DNA from: Alloascoidea hylecoeti
Lineage: Eukaryota
Reading direction: 5' to 3'
Length of the DNA stretch: 64,000 nucleotides
NCBI GenBank assembly: GCA_001600815.1
Contig: BCKZ01000002.1
Coordinates: forward strand, 124,001 to 188,000
A model generated the notes under the pieces. The model was not told the DNA's origin, did no database searches, and saw nothing but the letters and a program-made list of their open reading frames with translations. A program made the translations under genes and the position numbers. The stretch's first letter is position 1. Each line of letters begins with the position of its first letter. Shown here one piece after another: positions 1 to 11,694 of this stretch.

Positions 1-555
1 CACATCAATGTATTCATTATTCTCCTGTTCCTTGGCCTTTTCTTTCTTTTTTAAGATCATATACCTTAACTTCCAACCTGTCATACCTAATTCTTTAATT
101 CTTGAAGACTTATCCTTAACCAAATAATTATCTAAACCACCAACCTTATCCATCGTTCTGAGAACAGAAGATGCAACTCTTATACCCACTTTTCTATTTA
201 GTGTCTCACTCCATAATTTCTTCTTGTAAATACTTGGTTCCCAACGTCTTCTTGTTTTTGCCTTTGATTCTGAAATGTTGTTACCATATCTGACTATCTT
301 ACCACCGTATAAACCTTTATCAGATTGTTTGTAAATTCTAGCTTCACCATAAGGATATTCAGGAAAATTCACACCATGTCTTGGTATATGTCCTTTAAAT
401 GTATCTCCGACTTTATAATCTGGCTTGACTTTCTGTCTTCGTGAAGTAATATGCGCATATTCCTTACTAACAATTGGCACAGTTGAAAAGCACCTGATCA
501 TAGAAAGTGAAGTCATCACCGAAGTAAGCAAGTTCCTTCCTGGTTGAACTAACAT
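1..555 (-). CDS. MRPL24: Mitochondrial ribosomal protein bL28m (Mrpl24); 3' end lies outside the window
   Basis: Manual translation from ATG at 555: MLVQPGRNLL...FPEYPYGEARIYKQSDKGLYGGKIVRYGNNISESKAKTRRRWEPSIYKKKLWSETLNRKVGIRVASSVLRTMDKVGGLDNYL, the L28-family signature. The frame is open to the window edge. Confidence 0.92.
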   Translation of the reverse strand, partial: MLVQPGRNLLTSVMTSLSMIRCFSTVPIVSKEYAHITSRRQKVKPDYKVGDTFKGHIPRHGVNFPEYPYGEARIYKQSDKGLYGGKIVRYGNNISESKAKTRRRWEPSIYKKKLWSETLNRKVGIRVASSVLRTMDKVGGLDNYLVKDKSSRIKELGMTGWKLRYMILKKKEKAKEQENNEYIDV

Positions 556-1606
556 TTTAGTTTTGTATATCTCTGAATAAAATGTTGTTAGGATTTGTAA
601 CCGAATTAAAGGCAACCCAATCTTTTGGTGAAGTGATTTATTGAAAGATTTAACTGGAGTTTATTTTCACGGCGAGCATAAATTACAATAACGCGCAACA
701 GTTATGCTTATAAATGCACAAAAACATTTTGCGAATTAAGATTAACTCACAAACGACGTAAAACTTTGTATTATGTCGAAGTTTGACTCAATACGTCTCC
801 AATCTTGTTATGGGGAAAACCAAAAGTTTTAACTCATCAAATCCACCATCACTATAAACCGATAAACCGATTAGCTCACGCTTGCACCAGTCATTAATTA
901 AATTTCACAAAAAAGACAATACAAGCTTACCGGATTCAAAAGCTCCAATGACAGATAAACAACTGGGAAAATACCTAAAAGAACCAACCAACTAAGAATT
1001 GATAAAAGGATTTAAAGATGTAGAAAATAAAGAACTGTCAAAAATTCTATTAAATTAATTAGTAAACAATTTACATGAAAGATTAAAACCAAACTACTGG
1101 CTGACAACGTATCGGGATCTAAAAGATGAATACTGAAACAAATGGTGGAACCACATTAAAAGTTCTTACAAAAGAGATCGATCCAGAAGAAACACAATGG
1201 GTTCACCTTTTCAGCCTAACGATACGTAGCACATTAAATTCAAAAGAAAAAAGAATCAAGTTTAAACTCATGGTCAACATTATGATACCAAAATCGAAGC
1301 TACAACTGCAAAATGGTAATCTATAATTGTTATAATAATTATATTCTATTTACTAGTTAAAATGATTGATGCAAAGTTTACAGTCAACTATATAAAACTT
1401 AAATGATGAAATGTTCATGATATTTGATCTTAAAAATAGATATCAATATGCACAATATAATTATACAAGGCTCCTTACAATTAACTGTCAAAATATAATA
1501 AAATAAACTTCTTATATATAAGTAATCTGTATAAACATAAATATAAATCAGACACAAAATCATCTCTTAATAGCTGCTCTAATGATAAAAAGATATCTAT
1601 CTGTAC

Positions 1607-3832
1607 TTATTCAGCTAGAGCATGTTTCAGATGTGTCCACTTCTCCAATAATTGAGCGTGTGATTCAGTTTTTTCATGTAGTTCAGTTTTAGCTAGATCC
1701 ATTTCAGCTTCCAATTTAGCCAATTTCTCTTCTAAAATTCTATTTGTTTCCATTACTTCTGCATTTCTCTTCATTGTTTGGGTGATTTCTTCCTGGACTT
1801 CTTTTTTCATTTCCTTTGTATCTTTCTCATGATCTTTTTCAAGAGTTCCTTTCTCTTTAATCAAAGTATCTACTTGGACCCTTAAGTTTCTATTTTCTTC
1901 TTGCAATTCTTTATTTTCATCTGCTAGACTTGCAATTTGAACTTTACCTTGAACCATTTCATTTGCAACTTCAATGTGCTCCCGATTTATCATTGCTAAA
2001 CTTGATTCTAACTTCTTGACTTGTTTTAACAGTTGGCCATTCGATGTTCGTAAGTTTACTATCTCATCGTTACGTTCTTTCTCAATTCTATGAATTTCCT
2101 TGTATTCTGCTTCATACTTAGATAAGATTATAGGGGTTAATTTCACTACTGAAGCATCAGAAACAAGTTCTGTAACTCTGTATAAGGCAGTTCCACCGGC
2201 AGAAGAAACATTACCACCAGTTGTTTTCATAAAATTAATAAAAGTTGGAGTTCCTGCATTAGAACCATCTTCTGTCTTTTCAACTAAATAACAATTGAAC
2301 AATTTATCTTTTAAGAAATTTAACAAGTCTTCAAACTCTAAACCTAATAATGTAGACATATTTTTTTCCATGAGTGCAAGACCAAATTTTAATAGCGCTT
2401 CAGTACCTTCAGCAATAATTATATCCATAATACGTAAAACAATTTGTAATGGGAACTTGTAAGCAAATAAAGTTAAGAACCATTGTGATGCATACATTGA
2501 AGATCTAACACCTTGTCTCGATAAATGAAGATAAAGTTGGGGTAAATTATCTTCCAATAATCGATCAAATTGATATAGACGTAAGTGTAGACCTGGCATA
2601 TCTGGTAAGAAGAAACTCCTTAGGGTATAATTTTTCATCATGGCAACCAATAAACCAAAGGCCTCTGGTTCGTCCATATTCAATAATAAAGGAACGGCAA
2701 TGAAGGCCATACCTTGCGTATAACCAACCTCTGGATCAAATAAACTGTAACCTTTTATAATATTGAATAATTCTTCAATTTTATTTTCATTTGATTTATT
2801 ATTTGTGATAAAGCTTGTTCGAGATAAATCTCTTCTAATTTGTTTCTCATAGGGACTATGTTCAGATAGAATGTTATGATATAAATCCTCTAATGTTGAA
2901 GATTTCGAGCTTGCAATCAATTGCCAAACAGTACCACGTAATTGAGTGGGTATTCCAGCAGAAATGGCAGCAGCTAATTCAACTGGAGAATTTCTGGCTA
3001 CTGAAGAATAATCATGGACCACATAGGTCCAAAATTTCCAATCAATATCAATTTCATCATCACTAACCTCTGTACTTAATTTTGTTTTCAAATCATCGAA
3101 GGATTTTTTCAGTTCTTCAGAACCTTCTTTTAATCGCTGTTGATCTAATTCATCATTTTTCATTAAACCTTCTGTGGTTTGATTCAATCTATTCAATAAT
3201 AGATCTGAGGTGAGAGCATGATCCATATCAGAATTGTTCATTGTACGTGAAGAAGTGGAAGAATGAGAAGCGGATAGGTTTGTCGATTTTCTAAACCAGG
3301 CGAAAGCTGGTGATTTACGGGGAGGTAAAGATGGAGCCTGTACATGATTTGCTCTCAGGGGTAAAAGTGGAGGAGTTGGATGGTGAACGATAGTTGGGAG
3401 AGGTTGAGGAGTATCTGGGGCCTATAAAATGATATAGATATTAGTATGAAGATTAAAAGGGATAAGCCACGAATAATTGTTAGAATCGCTTACGTCTTCA
3501 GGAGCCTCGGGGGTTGAGGCTAGATCAGGAGATCCGGAAGGAAACTTGATGGTGTCCGATCGCTCACGTATGGTGGCAGCATCAGTCTTATCGGGGGTTA
3601 GAACCACATCTACCATGCCTTCTCCTGAGGGCGTGGAGTTGGGGTCTTTGGTAGCGGAAGGGGTTGAATCACCATCGTCTGCATCTTCAAAATCAGACTC
3701 TGATGCAATGGAGTGAAAGTCCGATTCAGCATAACTTATTTGTCGTTGGTGGCGGTCCACAACACTCGAGGGCTCGAGCTGAGATTCGGAGGGTACGGGT
3801 TTGGGGCCCAAGCTAATTTTGAAGTCGCTCAT
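1607..3832 (-). CDS. GYP5: Rab-GAP TBC-domain protein (Gyp5/Gyl1 family), 2 exons: 3832-3494 and 3421-1607
   Basis: TBC motifs GIPxxLRGxVWQ, IRRDLSRT, GYTQGM, YASQWFLTLF and a C-terminal coiled coil. Intron 3493-3422 (GTAAGC..TACTAAT..TAG) joins ORF 3422-3832 in frame to ORF 1607-3241. Confidence 0.9.
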
Positions 3833-4124
3833 ATGAAAAATGATCTGTCTATTTCAATGTTTCAGCAGGTTTGATCGGGAAAGCCAACGGGTGAAGTGAG
3901 GTTACCAGGAACGTCCTACGTAAGCTTAGTCTGTAACTCTGCCGAGGATACCGGGGTGACCAACTTGGAGGACACACAACCTCTACTTTTTTTTTCATAA
4001 TTTATAGATCTACATGCACGGACAGCTGTCCCAAATATCATGAAAAACATTAATATTAATATTTAAAATTTAAAAAAAAGCCTGTGCGTGGTAGTACAAT
4101 GCGTACGCGTACTATAAAAATACT

Positions 4125-6034
4125 TTAATAATGTCCTAGAAAACTTCCGGATCCATTGTTCTGCCCAAATGTTCCAAATCTATAGATATTCGGATCAGGC
4201 AATTCTTCAAATAACAACGAACAAACATTGTTCAACCAAACTTCCTTCATGTTAGGATCATCAAATGATAGGAAATCATCACCACTAAACTCATCTTGTA
4301 ATTCATAGTTTCGATATGGTAGATCATGCATATGAGGATGGAAAGGTAGATCATTTAAATTGTTATTTTGTCCATTGTGATTCACAATGTTATTATTATT
4401 ATTGTTATTATTATTATTGTTATTCATATTGTTAATGTTGTTAATGTTGTTATTAATATTAGTGCCTTGCTCAACGTAACGAGAACGTTCTTCAGTTTCT
4501 TTTAAACATGGACCACAAAATACATTGATAATTTTAACAAATCTCATTGCAATTTCATTCATTGAACTTAGAGAATATAAAATAGTCTTACATCTAATAA
4601 TGTCTTCGATCCAAACAGATGCTTGATCTGATTTTATATCAGCGCGTAATGAAACCATCGATATAAGAACAGCTTGAAATAAAAAGTAAACGGCATACCA
4701 CACTCCAATTTTACTAGTTTCGAAATTATGAATATAATCATCAACTGTCATTATTGTAGCATGTGCATTAGCTAAACATATATTCCGACATAGATGAGCA
4801 TCAGCTGAAGGAATATTATTTTCCTTTTCACCACCATTTTTTTCATCAGAAGCAAGAACAGTTTGCCAAACAAAAGATCTAAGAATCAAAATACGTATAT
4901 TTTTATAACGCCAAATTAATCTATATCTTGCTAAAGCCAACCATTCAGAATCTGTTTTAAAATCATTTGTTTCTTTAAAATAATCTGGTAATTGAGATTC
5001 TAATTTTTCAATTTCTTCACACATTTTTAAACTTTCTTCTACAGTAGGGCCAGGTTTTGATAATAAACGATTATAATATTGATTTGTCAATAAAGAGAAA
5101 CGAGCTTGATAAATTAAACCAGAATATATTGTAGGTCCAGGTCTTCGTAATATTGTGGCCCCAATTGGAGTTTCAAGGGTTAAATCTTCATCTTTTATAT
5201 TTAAAACTTCTTTTGTATCAATTTGATGTGGTAATGGTAAAATTATTGGTCTTCCAAAAGTGATGGCTGCGCCTGCATCAAACATATAAAGTCCCCACCA
5301 TAATCTTCTTCTTATTTCAACTTGTAAAGAAGTGATTCCATTCCAATCAGGGAATTCTTTATATAACCCAAGACCGATTGCCATTCTTATGGCCATACCA
5401 AGGAAATTCCAACCAGTATTTGGTTTATTTCGTTTTTGAGCATAATTACTTAATAATGTTAAAGCTTGTACTAAAGTAACACTCCCACTTTCAAATATTC
5501 TTGAATCTAAATGTTTAAGTGCTTCTTCATAGAAAATCATATCGACAGACCCCATTTTCTCATCATTGATATCACACCAAGCACCAAGGGCTAAGATTGT
5601 GTAAAGAAGTAAATACCAAGTATTTTCAGAAGGACGTGGATATTGACCAATATATTGTTTTCTAAAAGTTTCTTCATGAATAAAAGGATAACTTGTATGA
5701 TAATATTTGAAATAAGAATCGATACAAGTATTAACAAGTTCGGCAGGAATACTTCTAATACTATTTTGATTAAAAATATTAGAGGCTAAAGGTTGTCTAG
5801 GAGCCTCATCCCAAACACTAATTCGTAAAGCCCGTAACAAAGCTCCTGAAGATGCTACACCGAAATAACCTGTGCCTGTGATTTTACTTTGCAAAGCTGC
5901 CATACCATCATGATTTAAAGGCATCAAAGAAGAGTTAGAAGGTATGGTTCTTTCATTCCAGTCAAATCCTTCTGAACCTTCAGGAGTTGGTTCTGGAGGG
6001 TTATCGGGAACAACTTCTTTTTGTTGTTGAATAC

Positions 6035-6080
<46 letters not shown>

Positions 6081-6772
6081 GGACTTTTGGATTTCTAGGT
6101 TTGAATTTAAGTTTTCCAAACCTTGTAAATCTTCAGACTTTATTTTGGAATCGATAGAAGAAGATCCTTTTAAATTATTAATCATGTCAATATTAGTGCT
6201 GATTACTTTCGGGTCATTTTTAGTGGTACTTGATTCATCATTGGGGAAGACACCAGCAGCATCAATGGTGGCTAAAATATCGTCAAGAGATTTTCCGGGG
6301 ACCAATATTTGTACGACGGATTCTAACCTTTGAGCTCTTGTTTCAACTTTTGTCAGATATGCTCTTGTTAATGGAGACCTTATGATGCGGGGGGAATAGA
6401 CACATCGTTGGCCCATATCGATGCATTTTTCACATGAGGGATGATCTTTTGAACACTAAACGTAGCAAATGAAAACCGAGACAGTGGATTAGAAATAAGA
6501 AAGATAGATGTTACGTAGTGGCCTAGGACTTACCCTTAATTTTCTTCTTCTACAAAAGTCGCACTAGGGGCAGCATAACGTTAGCATGAAAGAAGAGCCA
6601 TCGGTATTAATCGATATATTGCGAGAACAGGCTCGGGCACAATTAATATTGGAATAAAGAGTAGCAGGAAAGCTGCCAAAAGAATGACACATACCGCCTG
6701 GTCCGGCTCGATTTTCTGTTTTTTCTGTGCCCTGTGGGCGCCGTATGCATCCTGGGGCTTTGCTGAGTTCAT
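4125..6772 (-). CDS. GAL4: Gal4/Lac9-type Zn(II)2Cys6 transcription factor, 3 exons: 6772-6695, 6563-6534, 6455-4125 (about 812 aa)
   Basis: Spliced N-terminus QACDFCRRRKLRCSKDHPSCEKCIDMGQRCVYSPRIIRSPLTRAYLTKVETRAQRLE closely follows the Gal4 Zn cluster, linker and dimerisation helix (RSPLTRAHLTEVE). A Fungal_trans middle region is present. It sits next to GYP5, as in S. cerevisiae. Both introns are GT..AG and phase 0. Confidence 0.9.
6036..6080 (-). repeat. (AAC)15 microsatellite encoding poly-Asn in Gal4
   Basis: Perfect (GTT)15 on the + strand. A second, imperfect Asn-rich tract lies at about 4388-4460. Confidence 0.95.
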
Positions 6773-6875
6773 TCTGTATCCTGCCAAAAAGTTGGGAACT
6801 GCTACTTTTTATATCTTGTAACCGCTACCGATTTTAGCTCAGTATTTAAATTTAAAATTAAGGCCTTGGATCATG

Positions 6876-6892
6876 CGGAGCACTGTACGCCT
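6876..6892. promoter_or_regulatory. UASg-like Gal4 site (CGGAGCACTGTACGCCT) in the GAL4/SGS1 divergent promoter
   Basis: CGG-N11-CCT, one mismatch to CGG-N11-CCG. It lies about 100 bp upstream of the GAL4 ATG, beyond a minus-strand TATAAAAA at 6806-6813. Confidence 0.5.
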
Positions 6893-6907
6893 GCGCTGGA
6901 CCATGGG

Positions 6908-6915
6908 CACGTGAC
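6908..6915. promoter_or_regulatory. bHLH E-box (GTCACGTG on minus strand; Cbf1/Tye7-type)
   Basis: CACGTGAC in the 215-bp GAL4-SGS1 intergenic region. Confidence 0.45.
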
Positions 6916-6987
6916 CCGTCCTTCTCCTGCGATTTTTCAGCATTTAAGACTCAAGAAGCTCTTGCCGACACACGTGGGGACAATGCA

Positions 6988-9900
6988 ATGGCCCTTCCAA
7001 AAAACAACCTCCAGACCCAGCTGAACTGGATATCCAAGAACAAGGCAAACATCCCCCCCGACATCCACTTCCCCCTCCTCATCGTGGATCGAGCTGGCTG
7101 CCGTCCTGTCGCGACGCGAACCATCTCCAAGGAAACGCCAGAATTGAAACAGCGACAACCCCTCTTCAGTGATCCGGATGGGCTGGCCATTCCTCCGAGG
7201 ATGAAGAGAAATCTTATTAGTATGGCTTCTCGTCCGGAAAAAGCTTGTGAGTCAAGATGCATACATATAGATCTTACTTGTTCATTGGTACTAACTTCTA
7301 TACAGCATCTGCTCCAAACACGAAAAAGGCGACAAAGACAACCTTAATCGATTTGACCCAAGATTATGACGAAATTTTACACGAGGACGAGAGAGCTCCG
7401 TTATCCTTATTGGACCTGGATCATAATAAACAGAGTTTGCCTTCAAAACGGCGGTTGGATGGTCACGCGAATGTCGATCCAAGCTCAAAAAGATCAAAAT
7501 TAAACACTTCAAAAGTGAAAGAAAGTGTGGTTCAAGGCTCCTCCGACGATGAATTTGATATAGATGGTGGCGAAGATTTGGAACAACATCTTGATAATTT
7601 ATATAGTAATGCCAATTCAGTAACCGATGGTGGGAAATTGAGTCAAAACCAACAACATAGTCAAAAATATAATAATGATTTCGATATACGGAATCCTTTG
7701 AAAACTCCTATTCATCAGATACGTCAAACCTCAGATATAACACCCAAAGCATTAAAATCTCCCCATAAGACTATTCATTTACACCCTACTAGGATTCATG
7801 ATCCTATTTCAATACCAAACTCACCCCCTTCAACTAATACTAACCGCCATCCTTCAATCCAAGAATCCCTCTTTTTAACAATGTTCTCATTGCAACAACA
7901 ATATATCCAGTCATGCGAAACTCATATCAATCTACTAAATGAACGAGCTGCTCTAGCTGAAGGTACATCAATATCAGAAGATGAAAAAGCTAAACAAAGA
8001 CAAATCCTTTTACCTAAAATATCCATTCAAGAAAATGAAAAATCAAGGTTGATTTTTGAATTGGATGAAGCAAAATTATTATTAACAGACTACATTAAAA
8101 AAAATGGTATTTCTATATTTGATGAATCTAATGTATTTAAATCTGAAAATACTACCACCCCTACGAATACAACTGGGAATACTACTAGTACTAGTGTTAC
8201 AAGTAATGAAATGATACCCCCTGAAGCTAGTGCTTCAAGTAAAGTGATGGGTGAAGATTGTGAAGAATTTCAATCTAGTTATATCAATCAATATAATAAG
8301 AAAATGCAAAATGTACAACATGATTTACAATCAATATCATTACATAACTCTGCGGAAAAAGAAGGAAGCTTTCGTACTGCTGTTTCACCACCATTAATTG
8401 GTGATAATCAACCGTTGATGTCAACTAGGGATATACCTGATGAAGATAGCATGCCAATTGATGCAGATTCGATTGATATCAGGCCAACTCAATTTGGTAA
8501 TCTATCTCTCGATGAAGATGAACCAGATGATTTTGATGGAACGATAGATTCAGAAATTGATCCAAATGATACAGAAGGAAGCCTTGTTGATTTCCTTGAT
8601 CATTCAGCTGAACCAAATACCCAAGATCCTGATAAAACTTATGAAAATTTAGATTCTGATGATGTGAGTTATCATTCATTTGAAGATGAATCTTTATTTG
8701 TAATTGAAAATGGCAAAAACACCGAAGAAGTATACATAGATGCTAATGCTCATTTTCAGGATGAGCAAGAAATATGGTCTGACCAATATCAACTAGAACC
8801 TGATTTTGATATGGAACCACCAGAACCTGAACCAGAGCCAGAACCTAAATCTGAATCTGACTCAAATAATGAGGATTATGAAATCGATGATATAGATTTT
8901 AATGAAGAAAGAGGAATATCAACCCAAAAGGAGAAAGAGTTAATAATGTTAGAAGATGAAGATTTGGTTGAATTAGATACTGCTCCAAGTGATGTTCATT
9001 TCCATCCAATGAATCCACCAAGAACCCCATTACCAAAATCAAAACCTAGAGAAAGTGAGATTAGTGATGATTTACAAATATTAACATCACCACATAGTTT
9101 GAAGATCTTTGAAAAATCAGAAAAGGAATACACTCGTTCAAAATCATATCCATGGACAGATGAAGTTTTCAGTGCTTTACATAGAGTTTTCAAATTACAG
9201 GAATTTAGAACAAATCAATTAGAGGCTATCAATGCTACACTCTCAGGTAAAGATGTATTTGTATTGATGCCAACTGGAGGTGGTAAATCATTATGTTATC
9301 AACTTCCTGCTTTAGTCGATGGTGGAAAAACAAAAGGCACAACTTTAGTTGTATCACCTTTAATTTCACTAATGACTGATCAGGTTTCAAGCCTTGTTAA
9401 TAAACGAATAAAAGCTGGTATGATTAGTAGTAAATCAAATGCTGCTGATAGAAAACAATTATTTTTACTTTTTATTAATGGTGATTTGGATTTATTATAT
9501 CTTTCACCAGAAATGTTAAGTGTTTCAAAACAAATAAAAAATGCAATTTCACAACTACATAGAGATGGTGGTTTAGCAAGAATTATTGTCGATGAAGCAC
9601 ATTGTGTTAGTCAATGGGGTCATGATTTTAGACCAGATTATAAGGCCTTAGGATATTTTAAAGAACAATATCCTGATATACCAATGATGGCATTGACGGC
9701 AACAGCAAACTCTCAAGTTCGAATGGACATTTTACATAATTTACGAATTGAAAATTGTGAATTCTTCAAGCAAAGCTTTCATCGTTCTAATCTATATTAT
9801 GAAGTTATGTTAAAGAGTAAAGATCATATGGATGAAATTAGAAATATTATTCAATCTCAATTTCCAGGGAAAACCGGTATTATTTATTGTCATTCTAAAA

Positions 9901-11694
9901 ATTCATGTGAACAAACATCTGAAAAATTAAATGATTTTGGTGTAAAAGCTGCTTTTTATCATGGTGGTATGGAAAATGATTTACGTCAACATGTTCAAGA
10001 ATTATGGCAAACTGGACAGGTAAAAGTTATTTGTGCTACAATTGCTTTTGGTATGGGTATTGATAAACCTGATGTTAGATTTGTTATTCATTTATTTTTA
10101 CCAAGAAATTTAGAAGGTTACTATCAAGAAACAGGACGTGCAGGTCGAGATGGAAGACCATCGTATTGTGTCATGTTTTATTCTTATAAAGATGCTAGGC
10201 TACTACAAACGATGATTAACAAAGATACAGAATTAAGTGCTGGAGGCAAAGAAAAACATTTTGCCCGTTTAAGACAAGTTGTTCAATATTGTGAGAATAA
10301 AACCGATTGTCGACATAAACAGGTGTTACAATATTTTAATGAGAATTTCGATTCAAGTAAATGTAAAAATGGTTGTGATAATTGCAAGAATAGAGGCACC
10401 ACAACAGTTGTAGATAAAGATGTTACAAATTATGCAATTCAAGCCATTAAAATGGTGGATGTTATACAACGTGATACAGTCACTTTATTATATTGTCAAG
10501 ATGTTTTCAAAGGCTCGAGAAGTAATAAAATTCAAACACTTGGGCATGATTCTGTTCCTGGATATGGTGCTGGAAGCTCATTGGACAGATTGGACGTTGA
10601 AAGGTTGTTCTATCATCTATTATCTGAAGAAATATTAAGAGAACAAGCAAAATATAACAAGGCTGGTTTTGCATCTAATTATGTTCATATCGGAAGAAAT
10701 GCCCAAGCGGTATTGAACGGTAAAATCAAAGTTAGTATGAGTTTTTCAAGTGCAAATAGGAAAGCTCCAGTAACTCCCTCAAACAGACAAGCAACTAAAA
10801 GGGCGGCGACGAGTACATCTAATCAATCAGCATCAACATCTAATCAGTCAACATCAACGTCTACTTCTGGCAATCGTTCGTTACAAAGAAATGGAATTGA
10901 CGTAAATTCATTTGTCTACGCCAGTGATATGTTGCGTGATATTAACCCTCAACCTATCCGGCTCCAGTCAAATGAAATCGAGGGCGGTGAAGTATTTAAA
11001 GATCATATAGAAAAATCAATATCGAAACTAAAAGAAGTTCGGGATGGTATAATGGTAAGAACTGGTATTCGAAGAATATCGAGTACTTGTTCAAATTCTG
11101 CCATTAATGAAATGGCAAGACTGTTGCCTCAGAGTAAGTAAATTTACCATATTACTTTTTATTTCTTGAAAACTAATAATTGTTTTAAAATTTAGCACCC
11201 TTGGATTTCAAAAAAGTTAAAGGTATCAGTGACAGTACTTGTCAACAATATTATGATGATTTTAAAAGAACTCTGCAAATATTAAAATTAGAAAGAAATA
11301 AGTTATCTGAAAATACTCCAAAACCCAATTCAGGAACCCCAATAACAATCACAGAAGCGGAGTCACCATATTTCAAATTACCGAGGGAGAACGATGCAGC
11401 TCTTAATTTCTGTAAGTTTATCGTTTTTCTATATGTATACCAATAGTATTAACAATGATTAAATTAGTACAATCACAAATTTCATCACAGCTACAAGGAA
11501 TGCCATCCACCTCCAAATCAACAAATGTGAGAGGCTCACAGGCTAAAAAAGCGCGCCGATCTAGTGGTAAAAAGGCATTTAGTCGATCCAGAAATAGGAC
11601 GGTTGGTAACAAGTCCCGAAAAGCAACGACAAAAAGAGCAAATAACTCTGGAAAAGCAGTTCAAGCGGGAGGTCCACGAGCACTCCCTCTATAG
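6988..11694 (+). CDS. SGS1: RecQ helicase Sgs1, 4 exons: 6988-7246, 7306-11133, 11196-11411, 11468-11694
   Basis: MPTGGGKSLCYQLP, VDEAHCVSQWGHDFRPDY, ATIAFGMGIDKPDVR, QETGRAGRDG, RQC Zn cysteines and an HRDC-like region. Three phase-1 introns (GTGAGT or GTAAGT..AG) link four ORFs in frame. Confidence 0.95.

Noticed and set aside
6037..6333. + strand ORF starting with poly-Leu
   Set aside because: It is the antisense shadow of the Gal4 poly-Asn (AAC) tract.
7257..7305. ORF-track starts for SGS1 (7257), IQG1 (41150, 41751), RTP1 (27202), PEP7 (46301) and others
   Set aside because: These starts lie in introns, in the wrong frame of an upstream exon, or in upstream DNA. Spliced models restore the conserved N-termini.
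11134..11467. Apparent frameshifts or stops in SGS1, IQG1, PEP7 and PTC7 suggesting pseudogenes or recoding
   Set aside because: Each break coincides with a GT..AG intron with a branch-point-like motif and the correct phase.
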